Numbered from the stretch's first letter, positions 28,291 through 37,196 are shown. The stretch: 42,616 nt of DNA from Chlamydiota bacterium (GCA_038534095.1 JBCAXK010000009.1:1-42616), one strand, 5' to 3'. The notes: generated by a model not told the origin, from the letters alone. Translations and numbers: made by a program.

Positions 28291-29484
28291 ATGCAACGAA
28301 TGAAAAAAAAAACGTTTGGAGCGGCGCTTATCGTCGCAGGAACTTCAATAGGGGCGGGAATGCTAGCTTTACCTGTCGCTACATCGGCAGGAGGATTTTT
28401 CCCCGCTCTTTTCGTCTATGTTGTTTGTTGGGCTCTCATGACCATCTCTGGCCTTTTTATTTTAGAGATTGCCTTAAAAATGCCTGAAGGGAGCAATCTT
28501 GTTTCGATGGCAAGAAAGTACCTAGGAGCTCCAGGGCAAATTCTTTCTTGGATTTTGTACCTCTTTTTATTTTACTCCTTATCCACCGCTTACATCTCTT
28601 TAGGAGGCTCCTTATTAGCCGATTGGATGCAAAGCAGTTCTTTAGTAGGCTCATGGCTATTCCTCGTGTTTTTTGGTGGGATCGTGTTCTTAGGAGCTTC
28701 GTTTGTCGATAAACTCAATGAACTTCTGATGCTCGGCCTGTTTGTCTCGTACGCAGGATTCTTGTTTTTAGGATGGAGCAGCGTCCATCCTAGTTACCTC
28801 CTGAGGAGTGATATTGTTGCTGCTCTTCCCGCTCTTCCGATCATTTTTACCGCCTTTAGTTATCAAGGAACCGTACCGAGCTTAACTACCTACTTAAACC
28901 GAGATAAAAAAGAGCTCAAAAAAGCGATCATTCTTGGAACAAGTCTTGTATTTGTTGTCTACGTCATTTGGCAAGCTTTGATTCTAGGCATTATTCCTTA
29001 CGAAGGTGACGCAGGATTACAGCAAGCAAAAAAGCTTGGGGAAAGTGCTGTACAACCCTTGCGCTACCAAAATGTACCAGGTCCGATCTACCTCATCGGA
29101 GAGTGTTTTTCTTTCTTTGCGATCGCGACCTCTTTTCTTGGGGTGACGATGGGCCTATTTGATTTCCTAGCCGATGGGTTGCACGTTCGAAAGACTCTGT
29201 TAGGAAAGATATTTCTCGGTTTTGTGACCTTTCTTCCCTCTGCGTTTATTGCGATGAGTAATCCTTCCATTTTTTTTGCCGCGTTAGACTACGCGGGAGG
29301 ATTTGGATGCTCGACTCTTCTTGTGTTATTCCCTACGCTCATGATCCTTGTTTCCCGTTACAGCATGCAGGAACAGGATTCTGGCATGGTCGTCTTATCT
29401 AAATCCCTACTCTTTGCTCTTTTGTTGCTAGTATCGCTTGGGATTCTCTACCAAATTTTTCACGTGATCGCACGTTTTTTTTGA
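28291..29484 (+). CDS. tyrP: Aromatic amino acid (Tyr/Trp) permease, HAAAP family
   Basis: IVAGTSIGAGMLALP, FSYQGTVPSL, FFAIATSFLGVTMGLFDFLAD, ALDYAGG. Start at 28291 or 28300. Confidence 0.9.
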   Translation: MQRMKKKTFGAALIVAGTSIGAGMLALPVATSAGGFFPALFVYVVCWALMTISGLFILEIALKMPEGSNLVSMARKYLGAPGQILSWILYLFLFYSLSTAYISLGGSLLADWMQSSSLVGSWLFLVFFGGIVFLGASFVDKLNELLMLGLFVSYAGFLFLGWSSVHPSYLLRSDIVAALPALPIIFTAFSYQGTVPSLTTYLNRDKKELKKAIILGTSLVFVVYVIWQALILGIIPYEGDAGLQQAKKLGESAVQPLRYQNVPGPIYLIGECFSFFAIATSFLGVTMGLFDFLADGLHVRKTLLGKIFLGFVTFLPSAFIAMSNPSIFFAALDYAGGFGCSTLLVLFPTLMILVSRYSMQEQDSGMVVLSKSLLFALLLLVSLGILYQIFHVIARFF

Positions 29485-29529
29485 AAAAAACGACAGAGCT
29501 CATAATTTAACTTTTTTTAACATTAGGAG

Positions 29530-30105
29530 ATGATTATATCAGCAGTAAAGAGTATCCCAGGATCAAGCTTGTTACATGAAGCATTAGAAAGCGATAATCC
29601 TGAGAAGTGCGTGACTATCTTAACCCGGTATAATTATGAACAATGCAATGATCACGAAGTCGGGAGTCCTATATTTCGTGCTATCGAGCTCTTTCGTCAG
29701 AAAAAAGAGTGTTGTGAAGCTATTTTAAAATGGTGCGCAGCTCAGGATACAAGCAAGCTGCAATGGATGATGGGCATTGAAGATAAAAAATCATTCACAA
29801 AAAGATTTACCTATGCTCTTTTTCAGAGGTTCGAGCAAGACCAAAGAAAAATGCTCCCAATGCTAAAAAACATTTCTGGAGTTTGGAAGCGTATTTGTTC
29901 AGACTTCAATGCGCTAAAAGGTTTGAACTCTAGCTTGTGGGCGGAGAACACATTTTTACAGAAAGAGACTCAAATGACCGATCTTTCTACACAGAAGGGT
30001 GCTGAAGTTTCTGAAAATAAGGGTAAAACGTCAGAAAAAAGCCCCGAAGGTAAGGGCCCGATAGGATCGTTAACTACACAATTAAATGAAACAAAGATCT
30101 CATAA
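29530..30105 (+). CDS. Hypothetical protein (orphan paralog A)
   Basis: AGGAG immediately before ATG; aligns by eye with 30419-30997 over ~135 aa. Confidence 0.8.
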   Translation: MIISAVKSIPGSSLLHEALESDNPEKCVTILTRYNYEQCNDHEVGSPIFRAIELFRQKKECCEAILKWCAAQDTSKLQWMMGIEDKKSFTKRFTYALFQRFEQDQRKMLPMLKNISGVWKRICSDFNALKGLNSSLWAENTFLQKETQMTDLSTQKGAEVSENKGKTSEKSPEGKGPIGSLTTQLNETKIS

Positions 30106-30159
30106 ACGTCTATTTCTTTACTGAGGTTTAGTTGAGGGATTGTTCCTTCGAGAAGAGGA

Positions 30160-30197
30160 GCCAGAAAAAACGTGAGTAGTTCATTGTTTTTTCTGGC
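30160..30197. terminator. Hairpin downstream of paralog A
   Basis: 12-bp stem GCCAGAAAAAAC (30160-30171) / GTTTTTTCTGGC (30186-30197); U-tract weak. Confidence 0.5.
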
Positions 30198-30356
30198 CGA
30201 CTTTTCCGGTGATAAATAAGAACATCTTTCTAAAAAAGCTTCCTCAAGATGGTCTTGGATTGGTAGCACCTTTTAGCCGAAGAGCTTTTTGACCGCCTTG
30301 CCTCTATCTAGATGTCTGTGGAGCCTACTAGCTACCCTTGAGATCGTCGATTGCCT

Positions 30357-30385
30357 TTGAAAAAAAATGATAGCCCGTGTAAAGT
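30357..30385 (+). promoter_or_regulatory. Putative promoter of paralog B
   Basis: TTGAAA, 17 nt, TAAAGT; GGAGG RBS at 30409-30413. Confidence 0.5.
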
Positions 30386-30418
30386 ATCCCTTTCGATGAT
30401 TGAAATTGGGAGGTTATT

Positions 30419-30997
30419 GTGTCGGGAATAAGTCAAGTAAGTTCAAGTAAAGCATTTCAGTTAGCATTACAGAAGAATAATTCCGAAGAATGCGCTCGTC
30501 TTTTAGATACATATACATATAAAAAACTTTCTTATGCAGAAGTGGACACTCCTCTAGCTCAGGTAATATATTATTATCCGCAAAAAAAGGCTTGTTTTGA
30601 TGCTGTTTTACAGTGGTACTCCGCTCAGGGGTCAAGGCAATTGCAGTCTTTAATTGCGTGTGAAAAAGAGCAGAAATTCCAAAACAGATTTACTTACCGC
30701 CTTTTTAGTAAAAGAGATCAACAACAAAAAGAGATTATCCCAACATTGCAAAAAATTTCAGGTCTATGGGCCATGGTGTTTGAGGATCTCCCACAGTTAA
30801 AAATAAACAACATTTCATTGTGGTCTGAAAACAGATATTTACGGTCTGAAATAGAAAAAATGCCGGTTAAAACAACAGGTCGTCAGGAATTTTTCCTCTC
30901 AGGTTTTAAAGAATCTCTTCCTTTCAGCTATTTACCAACTCGGAGCGCTGTAAACAAAAAATTAGCAAGTCTCTATAACGCCTTTTTTAATGGTTAG
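30419..30997 (+). CDS. Hypothetical protein (orphan paralog B)
   Basis: GTG start 5 nt after GGAGG; shares QKK.C..A.L.W..AQ, RFTY.LF, L..ISG.W and SLW.EN..L with paralog A. Confidence 0.8.
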   Translation: MSGISQVSSSKAFQLALQKNNSEECARLLDTYTYKKLSYAEVDTPLAQVIYYYPQKKACFDAVLQWYSAQGSRQLQSLIACEKEQKFQNRFTYRLFSKRDQQQKEIIPTLQKISGLWAMVFEDLPQLKINNISLWSENRYLRSEIEKMPVKTTGRQEFFLSGFKESLPFSYLPTRSAVNKKLASLYNAFFNG

Positions 30998-31051
30998 AAT
31001 GAATTTTTCATCTGAAGTAGTGTAAGATCAAGCTGCCTTCTAAAATTTTTT

Positions 31052-31086
31052 GCCGTTTTTTGTGAAAAAACAAAAAACGGCTTTCT
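31052..31086 (+). terminator. Intrinsic terminator-like hairpin after paralog B
   Basis: 11-bp stem GCCGTTTTTTG / CAAAAAACGGC followed by TTTCT. Confidence 0.6.
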
Positions 31087-31267
31087 TGAACCTTTAGTAC
31101 GTTAGTCCGCATGGCTCCCTAGCTTTAGAGCATGGGAAAACTTTTTCTCTTTTTAAAAAAATGCCCCTTTTTCGAAGGGCCGTTTCTCGTCTTTTTATGC
31201 CTAATAAAATCGGCATTTGTTCTATCCCCCCTTTGCGAATAATCTTTCGATAAATTATGAGGTAATT

Positions 31268-31894
31268 ATGCGTAAATTGCTTGTGATCATCACAATGTTT
31301 GTCACCTCGTACATTGTTTATTACTATCTAGAGTACCGTAGTCAGGGTAGCGTAAAAGTCTCTCTTGTAACAGAAGGGCACCCCGCTCAAGGAACGGGCA
31401 ATGTGAGTATTGTCACGTTTCAAGACCTAAGATGTTCTGGTTGCAGATACTTCTATCATCATACGTATCCTAAGTTAAAAAAGCGGTATATCGATACGGG
31501 GAAGGTGCGCTATGTGGTGATTCCTCTCGCTTTTTTGCCAGGGTCAAAAGAGCTTGCTCATGGAGCGTTAGTGGCGCAGACTTTCGGAGATGCCTACTTT
31601 TTTGCCTATATCGAGTTTCTCTATGAGAATGGGCATAGACAGAATGATTCTACCGAAACGTTATTGCAAAAAGCAGTGATGGCAAGTGGGGTTCCAAAAG
31701 ACGCTTTTCAAAAGAGGGCAGCCCTTTTTGATAGTGAAAAGGGCCTTGAGAGTAATTTTCAACAAGCAAAACAGGCAATGGGACAAATTGCGACTCCTGG
31801 GATTTTTGTCGAAGGAGCCGATCTTTCAGAGGCTTCGCTCCGCGACATGATCCGTTACATCGATCGGAAGGTGTGGGAAAGTGGCCATGAATAA
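31268..31894 (+). CDS. dsbA: DsbA-family thiol-disulfide oxidoreductase (membrane-anchored, BdbD-like)
   Basis: N-terminal TM; FQDLRCSGC (CxxC); YPKLKKRYIDTGKVRY; cis-Pro loop IATPG; GAGG RBS before ATG 31268. Confidence 0.9.
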   Translation: MRKLLVIITMFVTSYIVYYYLEYRSQGSVKVSLVTEGHPAQGTGNVSIVTFQDLRCSGCRYFYHHTYPKLKKRYIDTGKVRYVVIPLAFLPGSKELAHGALVAQTFGDAYFFAYIEFLYENGHRQNDSTETLLQKAVMASGVPKDAFQKRAALFDSEKGLESNFQQAKQAMGQIATPGIFVEGADLSEASLRDMIRYIDRKVWESGHE

Positions 31895-32297
31895 GACCAT
31901 TTTTCTGTATGTGGCTTGGATCATTGCAATTTTGGGAACATTGGGCAGCTGGTTTTTTGGAGAAGGCTCAGGCCTAAAGCCTTGCCCCTTATGTTGGTAC
32001 CAGCGCGTTTGCTTGTTTCCGCTCGTTCCGATTCTAGGGGTGGCGGTTTATAAAAATTTTGTTCCGATTTGGCAGTATGTGATTTATCAAATCTTTGCAG
32101 GGATGTTTTTTGCCATTTACCAGTTGTTGCAAGATTATATGCCAGGAAAACAGATGTTTTGCGGGAAGGCAAAGGCTTGCATTTCTAAAGATGTTATTGC
32201 CCACATCCCTTTTCCTTTCCTGAGTTTCATCGCCTTTTTGTCGATTTTTGTGTGCCTACTATGCGCCATTTTTTTTCAAAAAAAGAAAAAAACTTAA
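31887..32297 (+). CDS. dsbB: Disulfide bond formation protein B (BdbC type)
   Basis: PCPLCWYQR motif, second Cys pair CGKAKAC, four TM helices; coupled to dsbA. Confidence 0.92.
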   Translation: MNKTIFLYVAWIIAILGTLGSWFFGEGSGLKPCPLCWYQRVCLFPLVPILGVAVYKNFVPIWQYVIYQIFAGMFFAIYQLLQDYMPGKQMFCGKAKACISKDVIAHIPFPFLSFIAFLSIFVCLLCAIFFQKKKKT

Positions 32298-32363
32298 AAT
32301 AAAATTTATCCTTCTATACAGTGAAAAATGGATTGTAGATATATTCAAATAAGGAAGAGTTTT

Positions 32364-32618
32364 ATGAAAATTGATGTGAAATGTTTGAGCCTTGCTGTAG
32401 GATTTGGTTGGGCGGTTGCGTGTTTTGTTTTTGGAATTACCTCTGCTATCGACTGGGGAACATCGTTTGTCGATGTGATGTCTTCTATTTATATAGGCTA
32501 CCGGCCAGGAATATTAGGCGCCATTATTGGAGCTGTCTGGGGTTTTGTTGGGGGCGCTATTTACGGCTTTTTGATCGGCTCTTGCTACAACTATTGTTTA
32601 GGAAAAGGGCAGAATTAG
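32364..32618 (+). CDS. Small Gly-rich membrane protein resembling a family annotated as 'bacteriophage holin'
   Basis: Pattern SSIYIGY.PG..GAIIGAVWGFV.G...G.LI...YN. No phage genes nearby, so holin function is not supported. Confidence 0.7.
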   Translation: MKIDVKCLSLAVGFGWAVACFVFGITSAIDWGTSFVDVMSSIYIGYRPGILGAIIGAVWGFVGGAIYGFLIGSCYNYCLGKGQN

Positions 32619-32635
32619 GTCGCTTTGGATTTTCT

Positions 32636-33595
32636 ATGCAACGATCCATCGTCGCTTTAGCTCTTTTATTTGGCATAATCCCTTGGCAAGAGGGGTATGC
32701 CTTTTTCCCCACATCTTCCCGCAGAAATGTGCGCTGGTACCGTTCCTATGAGGAGGCGAGGCTCGAAAATAAGCCGCTACTCGTCTACCTCTCTGGGAAC
32801 AATCTTTGGGCAAAAAAACTGGAAAAAGAGATCTTTGCAGATACGCTTTTTCAGCGAAAAGTGGGTAAAGCATTCTCCCTAGTTCAGGTAAAAGAGCTTC
32901 CGAAAACTTTGCCGTTTTCTGTAGAAGCAGAGCCTATAGTTCTCTTAATTGATCAAAACCATGATCTGATTGGAACGCTTGGTTTTTTGCCCATTTCTCC
33001 TGAGGAATATGCCGATTTTGTTTTGGAGCGTTTAGGGGAATATCATGAGATGCAAAACGCTCTTCGTGGAGACCTTTCTAGTTTGGTTTTGGAAAAGCTC
33101 TACGAAAAGGCAAAAGCTCTTGGTTGCCCTTCTTTAGAAAAAGCGATTTTTTCCCGAGGCATTGTTGATCCTTCTACGACCTATTTTTTATTAGAAAAAT
33201 ATAGGGAACTACAAGGAAGTCACGCAGAAACGCTCCAAGGAAGAGAGCATCTTCGGGGACAAATCATAGAAAGGGATCCCAATAATGTGCGTAAAAGTTT
33301 TTACCGCTTAGCTCTTTTAGATTTTCAGTACCTTGTCGGTACTTCTGAGAAAAGTTCTGATCCTAAAAAAACAGCGCAGCCCTTAACCGACTATGTAACG
33401 CGCTTTCCCGAGGATGACGAGCATGGATGGAAAGTGGAAATGATGGTTTCTCAATACTTTTTCACAAAAGGGCTTCTTCATGATGCGCTTTTACATGCAA
33501 GATCGTGCTATAAAAAAGCCCCACTAGCCATTAGAAAGGAAGTCGCTCGTTCGATTCAACATATCCGAGGGGAAATCCGTGAGGAAAAACGGTGA
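32636..33595 (+). CDS. Exported thioredoxin-fold + helical-repeat protein (chlamydial DsbJ/CT783-like) lacking CxxC
   Basis: Signal peptide; W..SYEEA...NKPLLVYLSG..W.KKL.KEIF thioredoxin-like N-domain; helical C-terminus; lies near rnpA-rpmH as in Chlamydia. Confidence 0.75.
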   Translation: MQRSIVALALLFGIIPWQEGYAFFPTSSRRNVRWYRSYEEARLENKPLLVYLSGNNLWAKKLEKEIFADTLFQRKVGKAFSLVQVKELPKTLPFSVEAEPIVLLIDQNHDLIGTLGFLPISPEEYADFVLERLGEYHEMQNALRGDLSSLVLEKLYEKAKALGCPSLEKAIFSRGIVDPSTTYFLLEKYRELQGSHAETLQGREHLRGQIIERDPNNVRKSFYRLALLDFQYLVGTSEKSSDPKKTAQPLTDYVTRFPEDDEHGWKVEMMVSQYFFTKGLLHDALLHARSCYKKAPLAIRKEVARSIQHIRGEIREEKR

Positions 33596-33787
33596 GCTTG
33601 CAAGTTTTTAGCGCAAACTTTCTTGCTTCATCAGGAAGTCTGTTCTTTAAGAATGGCTAGAATGCCCTTGGAGAAGGTGCTAGAAGAAATCGTCTCTGCT
33701 ATCTTTTTTCTAAGGCAGAAGGCCTGCCTAAACATTTTTATCAAGAATATAGCCGCTCCTTAGTAAGATCTAGTCGTAGGAGGGCAC

Positions 33788-35689
33788 CTAGGCTCGAAAA
33801 GATTCGACTTGCAGGCAAGATTTGGGAATTTCAAACAGAAAACGGGAGGGGTTGCTTGGAGCTTCCTTGCCAAATTTTTTCCGCTTTTTCGCCATGCTCA
33901 GGCAGAGGTATTCCTGCGCTCTTGTGATCGCTACATAGAATAGTCTCCTCTCTTCTTCTTGGTTATGATTTTTTTCGTGAGGGACAATGTGGTCTTCGAG
34001 ACCAACTAAAAAGCAGGCTTTGAATTCGAGGCCTTTGGCGCTGTGGAATGTCATGAGCTTGACCGTATTTTCCTCTGAGCGGCGGTTTAGCGGGATTCTT
34101 GTTAAAGAAGAAGCAGACACAAAATCCTCTAGAGGAGAATCGGGAAACTCCTCTTCAAACTGCTCGAGACTTTGTAAAAAAGCCTCGACATTTTCCCATT
34201 TGAACTGGCGCATTTTTTCACTTTTCACATCCTCTTCAATGGCAGTTTTGTACGAGATGTCTTCCAAAAATTTCCGGAGAGTGGGCGCGTAGGGAGGTTT
34301 TTTGAGCATTTCTTTGGTCTCTTCCATGATCGAAAGAAAGTTCTCGATAGATGCTTTGGCTTTTTTACTCACCGGTTCGTTTTGAATAGTTTCTAAAAGC
34401 TGATACAGAGGAACTTGTTCGCTCCGCGCTTTTTTTGTGAGGATATCCAAAGTTTTATCAGAAATCCCTTTTCGAGGGACGTTGATGATTCTAAGAAGAG
34501 ACTCTTGATCGAGAGGATTGAGAAGAGTTTTTAGATAAGCGCTCACATCTTTAATTTCGGCTCTTTCAGAAAAAGAGAGCCCTCCAAATACTTCGTAGGG
34601 GATCCCTTGGACGAGCTTCCCCTCGTGCCAGTAACTGGTAGCAAGAAGCGCTTTTTCTAAGGTTCTTGCTAAAATATTTGACCGGTATAAAATCGCAATG
34701 TCTCCAAAGTTGAGCGAACGGTTGGTGATGAGAAGTAACAGGCGAGAGACAACAGCTTTGGCCTCTTCTTCGTCGCTAGGGGCGTGGAAGATCGATACTT
34801 TGGAGGTGTCTTGTTTATCACACCATAACCGTTTTTCATAACGGGTTTTGTTGTTCCGGATGACATGGTTTGCTGTTTCTAAGATTAGAGGAATTGAGCG
34901 GTAATTTTGTTCTAGTTTGATCGTGGAATCTGCTCGAAACGTTAAAATATTTTTCATTTCTGCTCCCCGAAATCCGTAAATCGATTGATCATCATCTCCT
35001 ACCACAAACAGATTTTGGTGCTTTGCGGCGAGTAACTCTGCTAAACGGAACTGAACGGGGTTGGTGTCTTGGTATTCATCAATCGAAATGTAGAGAAACC
35101 GTTCTTGGTACTTTTCAAGTACTTGGGGGTGGTTCTCAAAAAGGGTGCAAGTGACTAGCAAAAGGTGGTCAAAGTCGAGCGCGTTGTACGCTCTCATTGC
35201 TGTGGAGAGCCGCTCAAGGATTTCTTGAATGCGGGGGTCTTTCCCTTCGAGTTGCCCTTTCGTGCGCGCTTCTAAGGCTTCTTGCACAAAAAGAGAGAGG
35301 GATTCTTTTTCTTCGTCGATGTACTCTTTGGCGAGGGTTTTTAGCACTCTTTGCATATCTTTTTCATCGTAGAGGCTAAAGGTTTTTGTATAGCCTAGAT
35401 GATGAATATCTTCCCGAAGAACGCGAACGCAGAAGCTGTGAAAGGTCGTGAGAAGCACTTGTTCTGCCCGTTTTCCCAAAGCTTCTTTTAGCCGTGATTG
35501 CATCTCTTTCGCAGCTTTGTTGGTGAAGGTTAATCCCAAAATTGCTGAGGGAGACACGTTTCTTTGTAGAATCAGATGGAGGATTCTTTGGATAATGACC
35601 CGGGTTTTGCCCGACCCTGCTCCTGCAAGAACGAGGACGCGCCCTCCAAACGATTGGACCGCTTTTTTTTGTTCAGGATTGAGTTTCAT
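33788..35689 (-). CDS. uvrD: UvrD/PcrA/Rep-family DNA helicase
   Basis: VLAGAGSGKT, TFTNKAA, DEYQDTN, VGDDDQSIYGFRGA, LEQNYRS, MTFHSAKGLEF, EERRLFYVAITRA. Confidence 0.93.
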   Translation of the reverse strand: MKLNPEQKKAVQSFGGRVLVLAGAGSGKTRVIIQRILHLILQRNVSPSAILGLTFTNKAAKEMQSRLKEALGKRAEQVLLTTFHSFCVRVLREDIHHLGYTKTFSLYDEKDMQRVLKTLAKEYIDEEKESLSLFVQEALEARTKGQLEGKDPRIQEILERLSTAMRAYNALDFDHLLLVTCTLFENHPQVLEKYQERFLYISIDEYQDTNPVQFRLAELLAAKHQNLFVVGDDDQSIYGFRGAEMKNILTFRADSTIKLEQNYRSIPLILETANHVIRNNKTRYEKRLWCDKQDTSKVSIFHAPSDEEEAKAVVSRLLLLITNRSLNFGDIAILYRSNILARTLEKALLATSYWHEGKLVQGIPYEVFGGLSFSERAEIKDVSAYLKTLLNPLDQESLLRIINVPRKGISDKTLDILTKKARSEQVPLYQLLETIQNEPVSKKAKASIENFLSIMEETKEMLKKPPYAPTLRKFLEDISYKTAIEEDVKSEKMRQFKWENVEAFLQSLEQFEEEFPDSPLEDFVSASSLTRIPLNRRSEENTVKLMTFHSAKGLEFKACFLVGLEDHIVPHEKNHNQEEERRLFYVAITRAQEYLCLSMAKKRKKFGKEAPSNPSRFLFEIPKSCLQVESFRA

Positions 35690-36005
35690 GGATGAGAGTG
35701 GTCATTTCTTGCGCGATATCGGTCATTTTTGCCTCCTTGGCTTTTTGCCTGGGGGACACATGAATCAGGGATCCTGGGGGAAGGTCAGAGTAGATCGCTC
35801 GAAACGCCTCTCTTGCAATTCTTTTGAACCGGTTCCTATCGGGAGCATGCCCAAACTTTTTGGGAGCGGTGATGCCCAATTTTGCGTAGGGCTGATTTGT
35901 CATTTGCACATTTAGAAAAAAAAACTTTCCCTGCTTCCGCGAAGAGTTTTTCAATAATCTCCGATATTCGATTCTTTTTTTGATCCGCAAGCGTTTAGGC
36001 AGCAA
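35673..36005 (-). CDS. rnpA: Ribonuclease P protein component
   Basis: [34 protein letters not shown]; overlaps rpmH and uvrD. Confidence 0.95.
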   Translation of the reverse strand: MLPKRLRIKKRIEYRRLLKNSSRKQGKFFFLNVQMTNQPYAKLGITAPKKFGHAPDRNRFKRIAREAFRAIYSDLPPGSLIHVSPRQKAKEAKMTDIAQEMTTLIHETQS

Positions 36006-36129
36006 GGGATTTTCGCCCTTTTTGCCGTCTTCTTTGCAGAATCTTTCGGCCAGAGGCAGTTTGCATGCGGGCCCGAAAGCCGTGTGTTCTTTTCCTTTTC
36101 CGATTGCTAGGTTGGTATGTTCTTTTCAT
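35995..36129 (-). CDS. rpmH: 50S ribosomal protein L34
   Basis: Manual translation: [44 protein letters not shown]. Confidence 0.98.
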   Translation of the reverse strand: MKRTYQPSNRKRKRTHGFRARMQTASGRKILQRRRQKGRKSLAA

Positions 36130-36254
36130 AGATCGTCTCCAAAATTACTATAAAAATAGCAAACAAGTGGAAAAATTCTCAACAGAAAAGATTGCCTCGA
36201 AAAGGGAAAAAAGATATAAATGGAGCATTATTACTGAATTATTAGGGAATTTTT

Positions 36255-36392
36255 ATGAAGTGTAAATCATCTGTAAAAGCCGATCCTTCCAAAGGGGATA
36301 AAATTGTGCGCCGCCGCGGAAGAGTTTATGTCATCAATAAACAAGACCCGAATCGTAAACAGCGGCAAACTGGGCCCGCTCTAAAAAAATAA
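36255..36392 (+). CDS. rpmJ: 50S ribosomal protein L36 (zinc-free chlamydial type)
   Basis: Manual translation: [45 protein letters not shown]. Confidence 0.97.
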   Translation: MKCKSSVKADPSKGDKIVRRRGRVYVINKQDPNRKQRQTGPALKK

Positions 36393-36406
36393 TTAGGAAG
36401 GGATGT

Positions 36407-36712
36407 ATGGCGAGAAAATCTGCAATCGCAAAGCAAAAACGACGACAAAAAATGGTCAATGAAAAGTGGTCTAAAAGACAAAACTTAAAAAAAGTTATCA
36501 TTGACCCTACCAAGAGTGATGAAGAGCGGCACGAAGCGATGATGAAACTCAACAAGATGCCAAAAAATTCTTCCAAAGTGCGACTTCGCAATCGTTGTCT
36601 TGTTACAGGGAGATGTCGGGGATATATGAGCAAATTTCAACTTTCTCGTCTCTGTTTTCGAGAATTTGCTTTAAGTGGATACATTCCAGGTATGACAAAA
36701 GCTTCTTGGTAG
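36407..36712 (+). CDS. rpsN: 30S ribosomal protein S14 (long form)
   Basis: MARKS..RLRNRCLVTGR.RG..F.LSRLCFRE..G.IPGMTKASW. Confidence 0.98.
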   Translation: MARKSAIAKQKRRQKMVNEKWSKRQNLKKVIIDPTKSDEERHEAMMKLNKMPKNSSKVRLRNRCLVTGRCRGYMSKFQLSRLCFREFALSGYIPGMTKASW

Positions 36713-36721
36713 AAGCTTTTT

Positions 36722-37117
36722 TTACATTTCGTCTTGCAAAACATTCTTGAACGGGGTGTTTTGCAATCTTTCCCAATGTTTCATCCCTTCGCTCCAGATA
36801 TAGGAATCTTTTGATAGAAGATCCTTTTGTAGCATCTCTTGAATCTTACGAGAACTTACAGGCCCCATCTGCTTGCTTTTCTCATCGAGGTAAAACCAAA
36901 GCCCCTCAACCTCAATAGAAAAAAATTTGAGATTTTTCGTTGTTTTCTGCTCTTTCCCTCGTAATAAGTAGAGGACGACAATCGCAAGAGGACCAAATAG
37001 CAGGGTCCAAAAAAACCAAGCTTTCCAACGAAGCCCTTTCTTTGCAGCAAGTTCTGCGGCTAACGTAGCAAAGAGCAAAAGAAAAATAAAGCCGAAGGTT
37101 TGTTCTGTAGTGAGCAT
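36722..37117 (-). CDS. DUF4339 (GYF_2) domain membrane protein
   Basis: TM segment WFFWTLLFGPLAIVVL followed by WFYLD...QMGPVS..YIWSEGMKHW. Confidence 0.88.
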   Translation of the reverse strand: MLTTEQTFGFIFLLLFATLAAELAAKKGLRWKAWFFWTLLFGPLAIVVLYLLRGKEQKTTKNLKFFSIEVEGLWFYLDEKSKQMGPVSSRKIQEMLQKDLLSKDSYIWSEGMKHWERLQNTPFKNVLQDEM

Positions 37118-37196
37118 TTTTATAAAAAGGGTCTTGGTTTACGGGAATACACCTGTTATTATATACGTAACTTGAAAAATTTTTGAAGGGATTTTT

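Noticed and set aside
29473..29492. CG-T8-G-A7-CG hairpin at the tyrP stop as a terminator
   Set aside because: Almost entirely A-T pairs, so too weak to call.
31108..31137. CCGCATGGCTCCCTAGCTTTAGAGCATGGG, loosely like an IS200/IS605 end hairpin
   Set aside because: Imperfect stem and no tnpA/tnpB remnant nearby.
32364..32618. Prophage remnant implied by the holin-like gene
   Set aside because: No integrase, structural or lysin genes; the flanks are conserved chromosomal genes.
32381..32635. Cys/Arg-rich 85-aa N-terminal extension of the 404-aa ORF
   Set aside because: It is an alternative frame of the small membrane-protein gene; the signal peptide starts at ATG 32636.
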